From contig VJWM01000255.1 of NCBI GenBank assembly GCA_010909165.1, positions 131,465 to 195,464 on the forward strand: a DNA stretch of 64,000 nucleotides, read 5' to 3'. Below the pieces are notes generated by a model that was given only the letters and a program-made list of their open reading frames with translations, was not told the origin of the DNA and did no database searches. The stretch comes from Anthoceros angustus. Taxonomy: Eukaryota > Plantae > Anthocerotophyta. Position numbers and translations under genes: made by a program. This document shows, piece by piece, positions 47,745-60,839 of this stretch; within the stretch, counting starts at the first letter, position 1; the number at the start of each line of letters is the position of its first letter.

Positions 47745-49413
47745 CTAGGAGTTGTAGATGTTCCTGTAACGACGGTTGGGCATCCGAACATTCCTGCTAG
47801 GATCCGGCTCACAGACATGATTATATCTCTCCCTATGCTCCCTGCTATTGAACTGGGTGAAGCAATGGTACCCGTACCAGCAGTCTGGCCGCTGGGCCGC
47901 TTCCGGAGGGAGCTCAGACTTGGGAATAGATTGGCGATACTTGAAGAGGATATGCTTAGCCAGAACATCATGGCACTTGGCGCACACCGACAACGTGGAG
48001 GATAAAGAGGCCGGGGCCAGGGCCAGGGCCGGGGCTACTTGAAAATCAGGCAAATCAACCTCTCCACTTGCAATCTTTCCCATCCACTCTGTCATCACCT
48101 CCGCTACAGTAATATGATGCTCTACCATGTAGCGCCGTGTCACCTCAACCTCATACTCATTCTCCCAGTGCGCAGCGTCGAGGACATCGGAATCTGACAG
48201 AATCCAGCTGCTGACAGGCTTGATGTGGCAGCCGGTGGGGGGGAAGTTCTGCGAGCGCCAATATGGATCGCAGAAGGTCAATTGGCAGACGGCGCACTTG
48301 CTCGACACATCCAACTCCGGCCTGAAAGGCATCCAAAGATTGCAGCCACTGCAGGTGATGTGCTGCGTGGAGGAATTGCAGCGGAAAGCACTGGCATTGG
48401 CAGGCAGCGCGGCCTCATCCACCCGCTCATGGCACTGCCGGCAAGTGCCCCGGTCATCCTCGCTGGCCTGGCTCTGCGTGTCGCCGTCGCTGTGCACGTA
48501 AGCATCGCTGTTGAGAGCCATATCCGGATCCACCAGCCGCATCACGTCCGACTTCACCATAGCATTCTTGTCCATCTTGGCAATGTCCGCAGCCGAGCGG
48601 CGCATCCCGGGATACTCCTTCACAATCTCCTCCAACACGCTACACAGCGTGTGGTTCCTCCCTACCGACACCACAGGCCCCCGACACTGCGGGCACTTGC
48701 AAGCCGAATTATACGAGGTGGATCTGCGGTACCAGTCGGAGAAGCAGGAATTGCAGAAAGTATGCAAACACGGAGCCACGCTCACTGCGTCGTGCCACAC
48801 ATTCCAGCAAATGCTGCACTTGACCGAGTCCATCATCTTGATCCTCCTCCCGCCGTCCTCCTCCTCCGCCACCGTCTCCATCTTCAGTTTCTTCCCCTGC
48901 CTCCGCTTCCCTCCCGCCCCGGATTCGCTCCTCCCCGCTTCCGCCTCCCCGCCACATCCTGGAACACGTAGGCCGGAAAAGAAGCCGCGCACGGTCCCAG
49001 CACCAGCATGTCCCCGTGCCGCAGCGCCTCCGCCTTCTCCTTCACCAACCGCACCCCGGACAGGAGCGTGCCGTTCACGCTCCGGTCCCGCACCACCACT
49101 CCCCGCTCTCATCCTTCCAGATCCTGCAGTGCTCCTTGCTCACGCGCCTGTCCCCCGTGGCGTCGCTGCGCCCTACCCGCGTCTCCTTCTCCTTCAGATG
49201 GATGCTAGGATACACCCGGGACAGCGCCACCAGCCTCCCCCACGACGCCAGAGAGCATGCATCATCCCGCAATTCCTCCTTCCCCTCTCCCTCCCCCTTC
49301 CCTTCCCAATCCCCTCCCGCCTCCTGCGTCACGTCATCATCCGCTGCCGCTCCCCCTCCCCTAGCCAACCCCGAGGCCGCGACCGCGGCCCCAGAGATCG
49401 CCATGTCCGCCAT
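47745..49413 (-). CDS. CHFR: CHFR-like E3 ubiquitin ligase (FHA-RING-Cys-rich-PBZ), intronless, with two apparent 1-nt frameshifts
   Basis: FHA motifs WGRL..VGR..VSKEHCRI / RDRSVNGT..LRHGD. RING CSICWNVWHDAVSVAPCLHTFCNSC..CPQC. C-terminal PBZ CWYGYHCFTQ..H..YNHVC. The domains are spread over three frames that switch near 49100 and 48940. Confidence 0.85.
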
Positions 49414-50129
49414 CGCCGTGAGCCTGCCGCTGCTGCCTCGTTTGCGCCTGCCTGGCGTCCCTTCACCATTCCCCGGGGTTCAACCCAGCCACGGCTCGAA
49501 CTGGACGGGATTCAACGACTCCCTGCCCTTTTAACCCTTCCGCTCTCGGTGCATTAACTTCAGATTATGCCCTAACACAACACACCTGAACCAAAGCCTT
49601 GCCCTTTGTTTTTTAAGGTCATTTCATTTCCTTTCATAGGTCATTTCATTTCCTTTCATCACACTTTTTCCGCTTCCGCTTCCGCTCCCGTTTGCATCCA
49701 TCCTTGGTAGTACCTGACCCCGAGGCGTGCGTGCGAGTCCATGTTCGAAGCTTCTTTTTCGGCCGTTGCCGAACTAGCACATGCCACGAGTGAGCAAATT
49801 CCCAGACAGGACAAGGTGCGCACAGTTTTAGATCCTTGGGAGGACGGACACGGCAATCTCAAAACATATGCATGTCCTCATAGAGACTTGCTTCTTATAC
49901 TCGGAGGACAAACCCATGCGGGTTTCTCTCCACCTTTGTCTACAAAATAATGTGTCAAGAAACAGCAAGAGAGGAGGCTGATGAATGGAGAGTCCTAATG
50001 AATGACGAACCCGTCGGGTCAGTTCTGTGTGAGAGGCAGGTAACTGGTTACAGCCCTTGTCAAAATTTGGCCATGCTTCAAACTCGAGCTCTCCAGCATT
50101 GTATTTCGAAGTCTGTAGGAATCTATCCT

Positions 50130-52144
50130 TCATCCCCATTTTACGATTGCAGATCCCCAGGTAAGCCCGGCTCCGAAGCCTGCTGTGCACACCACGTGAC
50201 CAGGCTTGACGCGCCCGCTCCTCACAGCCTCGTCCAGGGCCAGAGGGATGGATGCAGCGCTCGTGTTGCCGTAGTTGCTCAGATTGGAGATCACCCGATC
50301 AGAGGATATTCCAATGCGGTCAGCAACAGAGTCCAAAATCCGCTGGTTTGCCTGCGAGACAAAGTTAAGGGGAGAAGGTGAGGTGGGTTTGGAAGAGGAA
50401 CAACGGAAGGAAGAAAGCCAGAAGTGGAAAAGGTTTGGGAGAGCAAGAGCAAGAGAAAGCAAGCAAGCAAGCCAGCAACGATGGGAAAAATGGAAGCAAG
50501 AATGGATGACGAGTACCTGATGGAGGAGAAGCCAGTCCACGTTTGCACCAGTGAGGCCGGCTTCCAAGAGAGCTCCCTCCACCACCTGTGGAACCATGCG
50601 TACAGCAAATTTGAATACCTCCTGCCCGTTCATTTGAAGGCACGAGTGCTCTGCCTTTGCCGGGAACTTAGCAGATCCGTTGCTGAGAGCCCCGTTAAGA
50701 ACGGGGGGTTCGGCTGCTCCTAGACGGACCTGCAAATGCCTGCAGAGGGGATAGCAAGCCATGAGAGAGTTCACCAGACACAGGTACGCTTGCAAGTGCT
50801 GTGGTGGCACACACTCACTTTTGCCCACTGCCATCACTCCGTAGGTCGAATCCAAGTAAGCTGTCAGTGTCGTCGTCAGCCACCTGGAGAACGGAGGTAG
50901 CAGCCAGGTGTTCCTGAGACAACCATCTATCACAGGAGGAACAATGGAGTGCATAAACCCTAAACACATACAAACCTGGAGCAGCACAGCACCAGACGCA
51001 TCACCAAAGAGGATGCAGGTCCCACGATCAGTCCAGTCCACATATCTCGACAGTGCATCAGCACCGATCACAAGAACGTTATTATAACCCCCTCCTGCAG
51101 CACATGCCACACTCCATCGTCAACACTTGCTGTCATGCAAACGGAACTGCATGGCCAGCTGAGCAAGTGTAGAGACTGACCCTTGATGAATCTGGTTCCC
51201 GTGACAAGGCCTAGAACGAAGCCGCTGCAGGCAGCAGTTAGGTCGAATGCTGTAGCTTTGATGCATCCCAGCTCTCTCTGAATCTGGAAGCCAAAAGGAG
51301 AAGGCATCCAATGCCACCAAATTCATCACCTTTCACACACACTCCTAAGACACACAAAACACAGACAAGAAAGAAAGAAAGAAAGAAAACACAAGGACGG
51401 AACAAGCCTAGCTAGCTGCCAACCAAATACCTGACAGGCACTGCCGAAAAGATCATCAGGAGTGCTGGTGCAAAGAATGACTAAATCCACATCCCCGGGC
51501 TGGACGTTGGCCATCTCCAGAGCCTTCCGGCCCGACTCCACAGACAAGCTGGTGATGCTCTCATTTTCTGCACCCAACGAGCAGCCATACCCCAGGGAGT
51601 GAGGTGAGATTCCCCTCCTTCCCGCCAAAACCAGAAACAGCCCGTACAGCGCATGCAGCGAGCGAGCGTGCAGCCCCCACCTCCCAGCACACGCCGGTTT
51701 CGAATCCCCGTGCGGGAGGAGATCCACTCGTCGGACGTGTCCACAATTTTGGACAGGTCGTGATTGGAGATGAGCCGGGAGGGCACGGCGGAGCCGCAGC
51801 CCACCAATTTGGAGCCCCTGCCGACGAGCCTGCCACCCAGAGAGCGGGGAGTCAGAAGCGAAGCCACCCACCCAAGCCCCGCATGCCGCGCATGCAACAG
51901 CCAAGAAGACGAAGCCAGCATGACAATACCGCGAGGGCCGCGCCAGGCCGGCACCGCGATCCGTGCTCTCCTCCACGGCCCCGGAGGTGGAGCATCTGAC
52001 GCCCTCCACCCCCGACGCCGGCGCCAGCGAGACTCTGCACGAGCTGGGCGGCCTCCTCCTGGCCCCAGCCGAGCTGCAGGAGGCCGCGCCCTGGAAGTGG
52101 GCCGCCGCAGCCCCGGCCGCAGCCGCAGCCGCTGCTGCTGCCAT
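50130..52144 (-). CDS. fabH: Plastid 3-oxoacyl-ACP synthase III (KAS III/FabH), ~8 exons
   Basis: Ala/Ser-rich transit peptide, [18 protein letters not shown], catalytic AACSGF, LLHQ|ANQRI and [10 protein letters not shown], plus LFGDASGA and [10 protein letters not shown]. Confidence 0.95.
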
Positions 52145-53188
52145 CCCGCTCCCTTCCTTCTCTCCCGGAACCCGCTTCCTCCTCCGCTGGGTCCTAGGCG
52201 GCCGGGCCTGGCCTGACCTCCAGCCTCATGCACGGCGCGCCGCCAATTTCCCTGCCCCGCCCGAGCCAGATCCAGCCTCGCCCGGCCTGCAATTCCGCCA
52301 AGCTTCCGCTCTGTGGGCTGCTGGTGGGCTGTGCTGCGCCTGGGCTCCGCCGCTGCCTGTGGGCTGTGGGGCTGGTGGGCTGTGGAGCTGCTGCTGCTGC
52401 TGCTGCTGCTTCCCGCGCCTGCACGACATAAATGCAGCGCGGAAACGGCAGGCAGCGCGAGCCGCTCATCTGCTTGCACCAGCCTTCGTGCGGGCGTTGG
52501 TGGCTTTGGTGGGCGAGAGGGAGGCAGGAGCCAGGACAAAGCCCCAGCCGGGTTCACCGCCCGCGACCGGTCGCCCGCGTCCGCATGCCGCGCCCGCGGA
52601 TAGTCCCGAGGCCCGGACCTCGGGATCACCGGCAACACCCGGTGATCACGAGGGCCCCTGCCCTGCCACCGGGGCGCGCCGGTCGCCCGTTCCACCTCGG
52701 GTTGGGTTCGGGTTAGTTTCTGTAGCTGGTGGGTGGGCTGGGCTCAATCAGCCCGCAGTAGGTGTGTCACACGGACGAGAGCCTCGTCGCTGCGACACTG
52801 CTTCCGTCTCGCCAGTCGGGCGCAGCTGCTGCCAGGGCCGGGGTCGGGCTGGATGGGATCTGGGTGTGGTGGACCGTACGGGCGGGCGGGCGCGCTCGAG
52901 GTGGTCGCGGCACGGTTCTGTTGCGGGAGGGGATTTTGGGTTTCGTTTGTTTGTTTGTGGGCGGATCGAGATTCGAGATGCGTGTCGGATTGGGAGAAGG
53001 AGGGAGCGGGATTACGGGATTGCGGGCCTCTGGATGGTTTTGATGCGTGAGGGGTTCGTGATTGGGGAGTGGGAGGGATGCGGGGTGGTGGGTTGGTGCG
53101 GACTTCGGAGGCGTGGTTTTGGGTCGCGTAGGGTTTTGAGGATGCGGGAGGTGAGGTGAGCTCGTGTGAGTGAGGTGCGGGAATTGCG

Positions 53189-55627
53189 ATGGTGATCAGC
53201 CAGGTGGGCGGTGCGGAGGATGGAGCTGGTGGGTTGCAGCCGGCGTCGATCCAGGGGGGTGGAGGAAAAGGGGCGCAGCGGAATTCGGGCTTGGCGGAGA
53301 AAGTGTCGCAGCTGGAGCGAGCTGCTGGGGACCTGGAGGATGCGGTGGCTGCCATCAACTCCTCTGCCTGGACGTACAAGAATCGGAAGGTGCTGACGGT
53401 TTCGGGCATGGAGGTGGGTGGGTGATGGGTAGTAGTAGTAGTAGAAGAAGTAGTAGTAGTAGTATTGTGTGTGATGACGACTGACAGCCTGTTGCTGGTT
53501 TGGGATGAGCAGGTTACTGGAGGGTTTCGGCACAAGCTGGCAGCAGCCGTGAATTTTCTGCAGGCGACGGAGAAGGCGATTGGAGATGTTGTGGATGGCA
53601 AGTTCGAGTGCGAGGATGTGGTGTCGAAGGTGGATATTAGGGTGGATCGTGCAGTTGCGGCTCTGAAGCCGGCAGCAGTTGCTGACTACCGGTCTGTGTT
53701 GGCTAGCATTGGGTGGCCACCAGCTCTGTCGTCCGGTGGGAACAGTGAGGGTGGGCGGGGTGAGAAGGGGGGCACCAACAATCCTTTGCTGGACATGGGA
53801 CCGGAGGCGAGCAGCAAGTTCGAGAAGAGCTTCTTGGTGCTTGCAGGTCTGCAGGGGGTACAGATGAGACGGAAGGCACGGCAGCTCAGTCATACTCCTG
53901 CTGCTCCCCAGCCAAGTCAGCGACAGAAGAAGAGACCGTCTGAACCCACCTGGGCTATCGACGAGCTTGTAGGGCCTGTAGAATCCAGAGCGGAGTATCA
54001 TTTTGTGAAATGGGTGAAGAGGCCGGAGCTGGTGTTTTCTCTTATCCATCGGCTGACACAGCAGTATGTGGATGTTGTCGAGGAAATATTGCAGCCTTTG
54101 CTTGTCAGTGCCAAACTTACTGGTTGCAGAGCCAGGGAGGACTGGATCGCTGCCATGGTGAAAGTTGGTGGGAACCATCTTCGGACGCATGCTCTGCCTG
54201 ATATTTTGGCTGATCTGCAGTATGAAACAGGGCCTACTGCTGCCCTCTGGCTGCACACGGTGGATGAGACTATTGCGTTCGATGCAAAGATGCAGAGTCT
54301 GGCCGCAAGGTCGATTGGCTTGTTCCCAGTCCAAGGCAAGGAGCTGACAGGGATTCAAGAAAAAGCCCTGGGGCTTGAGGTTGCATGTATTTCTGTGTTT
54401 GCCGAGCGATCCGAGTGGCTGGAGATATGGGCTCGCCTTGAGTTTGGGGATGCCCTGCAGAAGCTGAGATATGTTCTGGACAGGGAGGAGTCATGGGAGG
54501 TCAGACCGAGGCCGCACTCATCTGCATTACTCGAAGGAGCTGGCTACGAAAGCATTTCTGTGTCTCCCCTAGAGGAGTTTGGGGCTCCCTCTGGAGCAGA
54601 GGCATTGACGACCAACATGGCCACCGTGATGGATCGGTGTCGAACACTTCTGGAAGCGGACCAACGCTTGACATTTGTCAGGCTGGCGGCAGCTCCGCTG
54701 TCACATGAGTATCTAGACTACCTCCAAAGACGATGCAGAGAGGCCGAAGGTTTGACTTCTCTGGCAGATGAGGATTCAATGGTGAAGGTGGCTGTCTGCA
54801 CAAATGCAGCTCGATACTGTCACAGTGCCGTGCAAGATTGGGGGGAGGATATTTTCTTTCTCGAACTCAGAATGGCACAGTTGAAACAAAGCGGTGATAT
54901 CCCCAGCAGTAGTAGCTTGACAGATGTGGAGGGCAGTGTGTTCGACGAGGAGCTCGAGAGCTTCACAAAATTCCAGCACGACTGGATCAACAAACTGGTG
55001 ACGGTAACCACCAGGGGTTTCGAAAGTACTTGCAGGGATTACATTCGGAACAAAAGGAGATGGCAGGACGAGGCCGAGACGATCTTGGACCGAGCAGGTG
55101 GCTCTAGTGAAGAGCCCGTGGATGGCTTACAGAGTTTACAGATTGATGACGCCGCCTTGGGCCCCTCCCCGAGCCTTGTGAATGCATTAGCAGAGTTGCA
55201 AAGTCGGCTGAGGGCGCTGCAACACGCCTTCTGCCAGACGAACTTTCTTGAGTATTGGCGTGCACTTGCAAGTTCCTTGGATCAGCTCTTCTTCTTCAGT
55301 GTCATCGCCGGGGCAAAGTTTTCAGAGCACGGTGGGCTGCAGCTAGCTGCTGACGTTCAGGCTCTGTTTAAGATATTCAAGGCATTGTGTGCTCGCCCTG
55401 GAAGCTACTTCAAAAATCTGAGCGATGCATCCAAGCTGCTCACACTGGCTGAGGGGGATGCTCTGGCACTGCTCCAGACCATGCATGCTTCAGCGTGGGA
55501 GATGGAGGACGACGCTGAATCGGTGGTCAAGGGCGAAGTGCAGGCTCTCCTGAGAAAGCATGGCGTAAGGAGATTATCTTGTTCGGTGGCATTCAAAATT
55601 TTGAACAACCGTCTGTTTTTGCGGTGA
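53189..55627 (+). CDS. MAG2L: RINT1/TIP20-family protein (MAG2/MAG2L-like, Dsl1-type ER tether); exons 53189-53389, 53513-55627
   Basis: GDLEDAV, VDIRVDRAVAALKPAAVADYRSVLASIGWPP, WAIDELVGP..EYHFVKW..PE, WLHTVDETIAFD, YWRALASSLDQ and KFSEHGGLQL. Confidence 0.88.
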
Positions 55628-55835
55628 AGAGAGTGGGAAGCTCTGTGTCTCTATTGGGGCTTAAGTGTACATAGCTATAGCGGCAGCCTCCAGAGGCCAT
55701 GTCGGCTTTCCTTCCTCCACCATCGCACTCTCCTGGGCCAGCCAGTGCTGGTAGCCCGAGTGTGCTAGACATGACTTAATCCTCCCTCTCACGCGATGGC
55801 AGGCAAACGTTGCCCACCGTGCTGAACTCCCGCCT

Positions 55836-56746
55836 CTACACAATTTGAGATGTTGGAAACACCACCACGTGCACCTCTTGCTTCCTGTCCTTGAACTCGA
55901 ACGGGCTGCTGTAGCCCTCGTAAGTAACGCTGCTCTCATCGTAGACAACGCCATCCCTGTCCAACTTCGCCTTCAGCTGCAGCCACACAGCCCTGTAGTC
56001 GTCCTGATCAGGGAAGCCCCCGAACGGCCCAATCACCGCATGGGTGCTGCCCTCCCTCTCGTGGAAATACAGAGCTGAATCCGTGGGAGCCGGGAGATCC
56101 TTCACCGATCCAAACCTGACACACGGAATTCGTCCCACAGAGGCTGTCAACACCCACAAAACGCCAGCAAGGAAAATGACCGGTCGCACAGATCCACAAA
56201 ACGCATTACCTGCTAGGAGCAAAGAATGCAATCCTCCAGCCGTTGGCTTCCGGGGCAGGAATTATGAGCACAGGCCCCGTCATCTCGATGACCTCCCCTC
56301 TCGAGTTTTTGCCCGAAATGTAGTAGAAGCATCGGTAGAAGCCCACCACCAAAGCCTTGGCATAGTTGGAGTCCGCCACCAGAGTTTCTACCCATATCTG
56401 TACCAGCACACGCAGAGAAATTAGCCATTCCCGGGGCAATCCACGCAATGACAGCCAGTAACACGCTCACCTGACGGTCCGGGTAATGCCGCAGCTCGTA
56501 CCCGTCCCGTTGCGACACCACAGTGCAGCTCGGCGTCTCGAACGACAGCTGCGGGCCGCACACTCCTGGAGCCTCGTCCCTTGCCAAGCCCCGCCCATCC
56601 TCCACTTTCAAACCACCAAGAGGCTCGAGCCACTGGTCGGCCCGCGCCCCTGCCGCCTCCCCACACAAACCCCACCCCAGCAACACAAGCCCTAACTGCA
56701 GCGCCAGCAGCTTGCCCGTCATCCTCATCGCCGCCACATCCGCCAT
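55836..56746 (-). CDS. SOUL/HBP heme-binding family protein with N-terminal signal peptide, 3 exons
   Basis: Hydrophobic leader LLALQLGLVLLGWGL, ETPSCTVV..YELRHY, GFYRCFYYISGKN..IEMTGPV, LPAP, and YSSPFEFKDRKQEV. Confidence 0.85.
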
Positions 56747-57347
56747 CGCCGTCGGTCTCTGCAGCAATGCAGGGCGAGGGCGAGGGCGAGGGCGATGGTG
56801 AGCTGCCTCAGACTGTGAAAAACCCGATGCCTTGCAGGCGGTGTGAAGAGGGAATGCCACCTGTCCTCCTCTCTCGCGCCAATCGCTTATCCAGACTTTC
56901 CACCAACGCCCATCCCCCCCATCAGATTTCAATTACATGCTATTTCTTTCACTTCCTCCAAATCACCGCAAGCTTTCCAGTTTCACCAAACATGATTCGG
57001 TGATTTGGTGTGTGACTTCCTCTTCCTCCAAAATCAATCGTAATCCCGCACGGTTCTCGGCCCTAGGCCGTCGCCCAATGAGCACGACAAACTGCGTCTG
57101 CGTGGGAAGATGCTTTGCAGATGTGGATAAAGAAGAGGCAGGGAACAATAACAATGCGGACATCGACCACGTTATGTGACATGTCCATACCTCAAGTCCT
57201 TGCTCGTGGATGCCGCATCCATTCATCCATCCATTATTCCTCTTCATGCGCAAGTGCTGGCCCACTGCTGATGACATGGGCTTTGCAACCCAAATCCCAA
57301 ATCCCAAATCCCAAATCCCAGAGCTGGCGCTGTATGAGGACACAGGC

Positions 57348-57500
57348 TCAATTCAATTCAATTCAATTCAATTCAATTCAATTCAATTCAATTCAATTCA
57401 ATTCAATTCAATTCAATTCAATTCAATTCAATTCAATTCAATTCAATTCAATTCAATTCAATTCAATTCAATTCAATTCAATTCAATTCAATTCAATTCA
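57348..57500. repeat. (AATTC)n microsatellite, ~30 units, preceded by a short CCCAAAT repeat at ~57289-57320
   Basis: Read directly. Confidence 0.98.
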
Positions 57501-57672
57501 AATCAACGAGCAAGGTGCCAGCGCAGTTGCAGCAGCATGCATAGGCCTGGCCATTTATTGCGTATTCAGGTCAAAGAGCTTAGTGCGTGCCAGGTAGCCT
57601 CTCGCATTCGCCCCTCGCTACATGTGTGTACGATGCCGTACATTCATACATATCCATGTACATACCTACACA

Positions 57673-57717
57673 TGTGTGTGTACATATATATATATATATA
57701 TACGTGTGTGTGTGTGT
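57673..57717. repeat. Compound (TG)n/(TA)n microsatellite
   Basis: Read directly. Confidence 0.9.
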
Positions 57718-60700
57718 AATAACTGGACGGTGTCGAAGCTCTGCAATCTCGAGCCGCCTCACCTCGAAAGCCACAATCCGCAAGGCAACTGTTACTGCCA
57801 CAGTTATTGCTATCACAGCGCGTGCTCCCAAGCGGCCAGAAACGTCTACAAGACAGGAAAGGTCTGGTACGCGCAGGAGCCCCGGTTCCCACGCTTCCTC
57901 CTTGCCAAAAGCTAAGGACAAGAAAGGCAGACAGCGGAGCTTGGATATTCTAATATTGCGCACACGAACAACGACGCAAGCTCGATCGTGAACGCATGGG
58001 TGACCGCCGTCGGGGGGAGCGGGCCGATACTCGCACGCGAGTGCGAGAAAAAACTATGTACATATGTACATACGTCGCGGCTACAGGGCCAAGGGTGGCC
58101 GCTAGGGCCAGGGGCCGCAATTATGCTGCGCATCGACACCCACTCGCTTGTCCGTCCCGTTACGTTCAGTCCCCTTCCGTTCCGGTCCGTTCCGGTCCTT
58201 CTGCGTCTTTCCCCCTTGGTCCGGGCTCCTCTGACGAGCGACGGTGCTGGTCTGCAAGGCCGTCTGCCCTCGCTGTCTGGCTGAATTCGACCAGGACGCC
58301 AGGCTGGATCTTGCTGTTCGGGCCGCAAGAAGGGGTCACGGACAGCGCCGTGCCTCCTCGGCGCCTTGCTCCCCCTGCTGGTGTTGAACGTTGATGCGCC
58401 AGTGTCGGTGGTTGTGGCCGGGGCTGGCAAGGATTCTTCTTCTTGCGGTTGGTTGGTGAGCCTTCTGTTGCTGCTTGCGGCGTGTGGCGGTCGTTGCGAG
58501 AGTGTCCTCGCTCGGGCGCCGGTGCCGGTGCCAGTGCCGGCCCTTCTTTCACTCTGCGCCGCCAGTGTAGCTGGCCACCGTCTCTGCCCGGCTATGGCGC
58601 TGGACTCTGCGCTGTTGCCAGCACTGCCAGCTGCGGGCGCATGCCTGACTGGATTCTTCTTCTCGTCTGCGGAGGTTGTCGCCTAGGTCGCGTCCGGGTC
58701 TGAGGTCTCCTTGGGGGAGAGTGTGTGTGCGGCATTTGCCGCGGTTTGCGCTTTCTTGTGCTTCGAAGCGGTGTGAGGACGAAGGTGCAGGTTCTTCGTT
58801 CCGAAGGTTTCTGGCAAGGCAGGCTTTAGCCATGGAGCTGGACTGGTATTGCAAATCAAGATTTGAGTCAAGGCCTCCGTCAAAGTGGACGTCTTTGAGG
58901 CTGTATCTGGTAAGAATTATGGCCTTCCTGCTACGAGCAAGATGCATCTCATGTTGTTCTGGTTTGCAGTGTTATGCCACAGCCTGGCGTGATAGGAGAG
59001 GCTCTGTTGCTTTGCGGTGTGTGGCTAACCAGCCGAATTTGTTTGCCGGCAGAATGAGTGGGGAGCTGCTTCTCTAAGAGCTGCCGCAGATGATTGCGGC
59101 CAGGGTTCACCGAAACTGTCGAGCCGCTCGCCTGGTTCTCCCACTCTCCGCTCTCCTACTCTGTATTCGCGGTCTCAATCTGACAGGTGCCTCAGTCCTT
59201 GCTCTGCGGAGGAGCAAACAACTCCCAAGGCACATCATTCTGGCTGCTTTGCTTGTGTCCTCCACGCCAACTGCCTAAGCTCCTAGTATGGTGAAGCCGC
59301 TGAAGCGTGGCCTCTTTTCCAAGTATGTTTCAAAGTGTTTCCTTTGTGAGATGAAGTCGGTTACTTCGGAGATGGAAGTCTGGTTTCTTCGGACGGGAAG
59401 TCGGGATTCCAGGGATGGTTGCTGTCACCGGTCTCATTGGCACGCATATGAAGTTTTGCTCCTATGTTGGATACTGCTGAGCCACGGATGCCTCATGAGG
59501 CGTGGTGATCAAAAATGTCTCGCCCCGAGATGTTGTTGGAGGGAGCGAGTGCATGATGGTGGTACACAACGTGGACCGAGGACTTTATGTTGAAACTTGC
59601 GTATTGGTTTCAGTGTATGTCTGTTTGCACAGGGAATGATCAGTGTAAAGCAAAAGCAGGTACCTTCTGTTGAGGTTAGGAGATACTTGTAAGGTGCACA
59701 TTGCTTGAAAGATGTGAAGTTCATGAAGCAACTAAGGGCTTCTGGGTACTTCCTCTCGGCGCCAAAGACCTCATTTTTTAGTGTCTAGTAGGAGCTTCAT
59801 CCCCTCGCTGGCCCTTCGCTAGGGACTCACACCTATGGAGTTACAAAAAATGCGCGTCCAGGCAGGTGCAATTACTCGCAACTGGCATTTCCGCCCTTCG
59901 TTTCTTGCGTGGCCGTTGCTAGGTCGTTTGTTGGCGCATTAGTGCCAGCATCTCCGAGGTCGGAACACATGTTTCTTCAATTTCGCAAGGTGGGTCAATT
60001 ACTGCGAATGAGACTCGTTGCCATCCTAGAATTGACCGAACAAAAAGGCTCACAATATTCTCTTCTTTGCGATTTCTTTTGAGTCAGACAGCGCTGAAAG
60101 ATGTAGCCTGTTTACCTTGTCGCCATGGGCTCAGGTGTTCGGTCGACAGCCCACAGGTCTGAAAATCGTCTTCGTTTGCTGGTTGGCTTTCCATGTGATC
60201 CTGACAGCGTCACGAGCCTGTTAGTGTAGGACAGGCGGCCCGAGACTATTAGGACAGGAGTCTTCTGTCTCCGGATATACAAATAGTGTTCACTGGTGGC
60301 AGGGCCGAGAGCCACAAAATCGCGTCCCCACCACGTCACGGGCAGACCTAAGACGCCAAACGCGGGGCTCATGATGTCACGCGCTAGTGGACTGTGCGGG
60401 TGAGAGGATAGGACCGATGTGAAAAGGACTTGTGTGGTCACTTTGGGGCGTGCTATCTTTGGAGCACATGAGCTAGCAGCAAGGACACTTTGAGCCATCG
60501 CCGCCTACGATTCGAGGGGGGCGCCAAAACTTAAAGATGTCACCAATTTTAGCAATCTCTCCAGCTACATGTAGAGAGCCTTGCCCCTTTGTACTGAGAC
60601 TGTTGTGTAATGAACGAGGCTATGCCTCCTTGCTCATGACGGAGCTTCTAAGCTCCAAGATACCAGCTTGTTGAGTTGCTTGTTCGACGTGCTACCTTGC

Positions 60701-60839
60701 TGGTGTTTGATATGTCTAACACTCTGTTGCTGACCAGTCCTGGGTAAGGAGATCTCTCCTGTAGAACACGTTCAGTGTAGCATGAGTATCCTGAGACTTC
60801 AAAAGCATTGAGTGCCTGTCTCCGCATCCTCACGGCAAC

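Noticed and set aside
48511-54358. Long antisense or overlapping ORFs (e.g. 48511-49557, 51481-52695, 51963-53159, 53012-54358)
   Set aside because: Shadow ORFs of GC-rich exons and leaders, with low-complexity Arg/Pro/Ala composition and no motifs.
57115-57719. ORFs with QFNSI repeats
   Set aside because: Translation of the (AATTC)n microsatellite.
59056-59150. miRNA-like hairpin (GAGTGGGAG / CTCCCACTC)
   Set aside because: Only 9 contiguous base pairs; the flanks do not pair.
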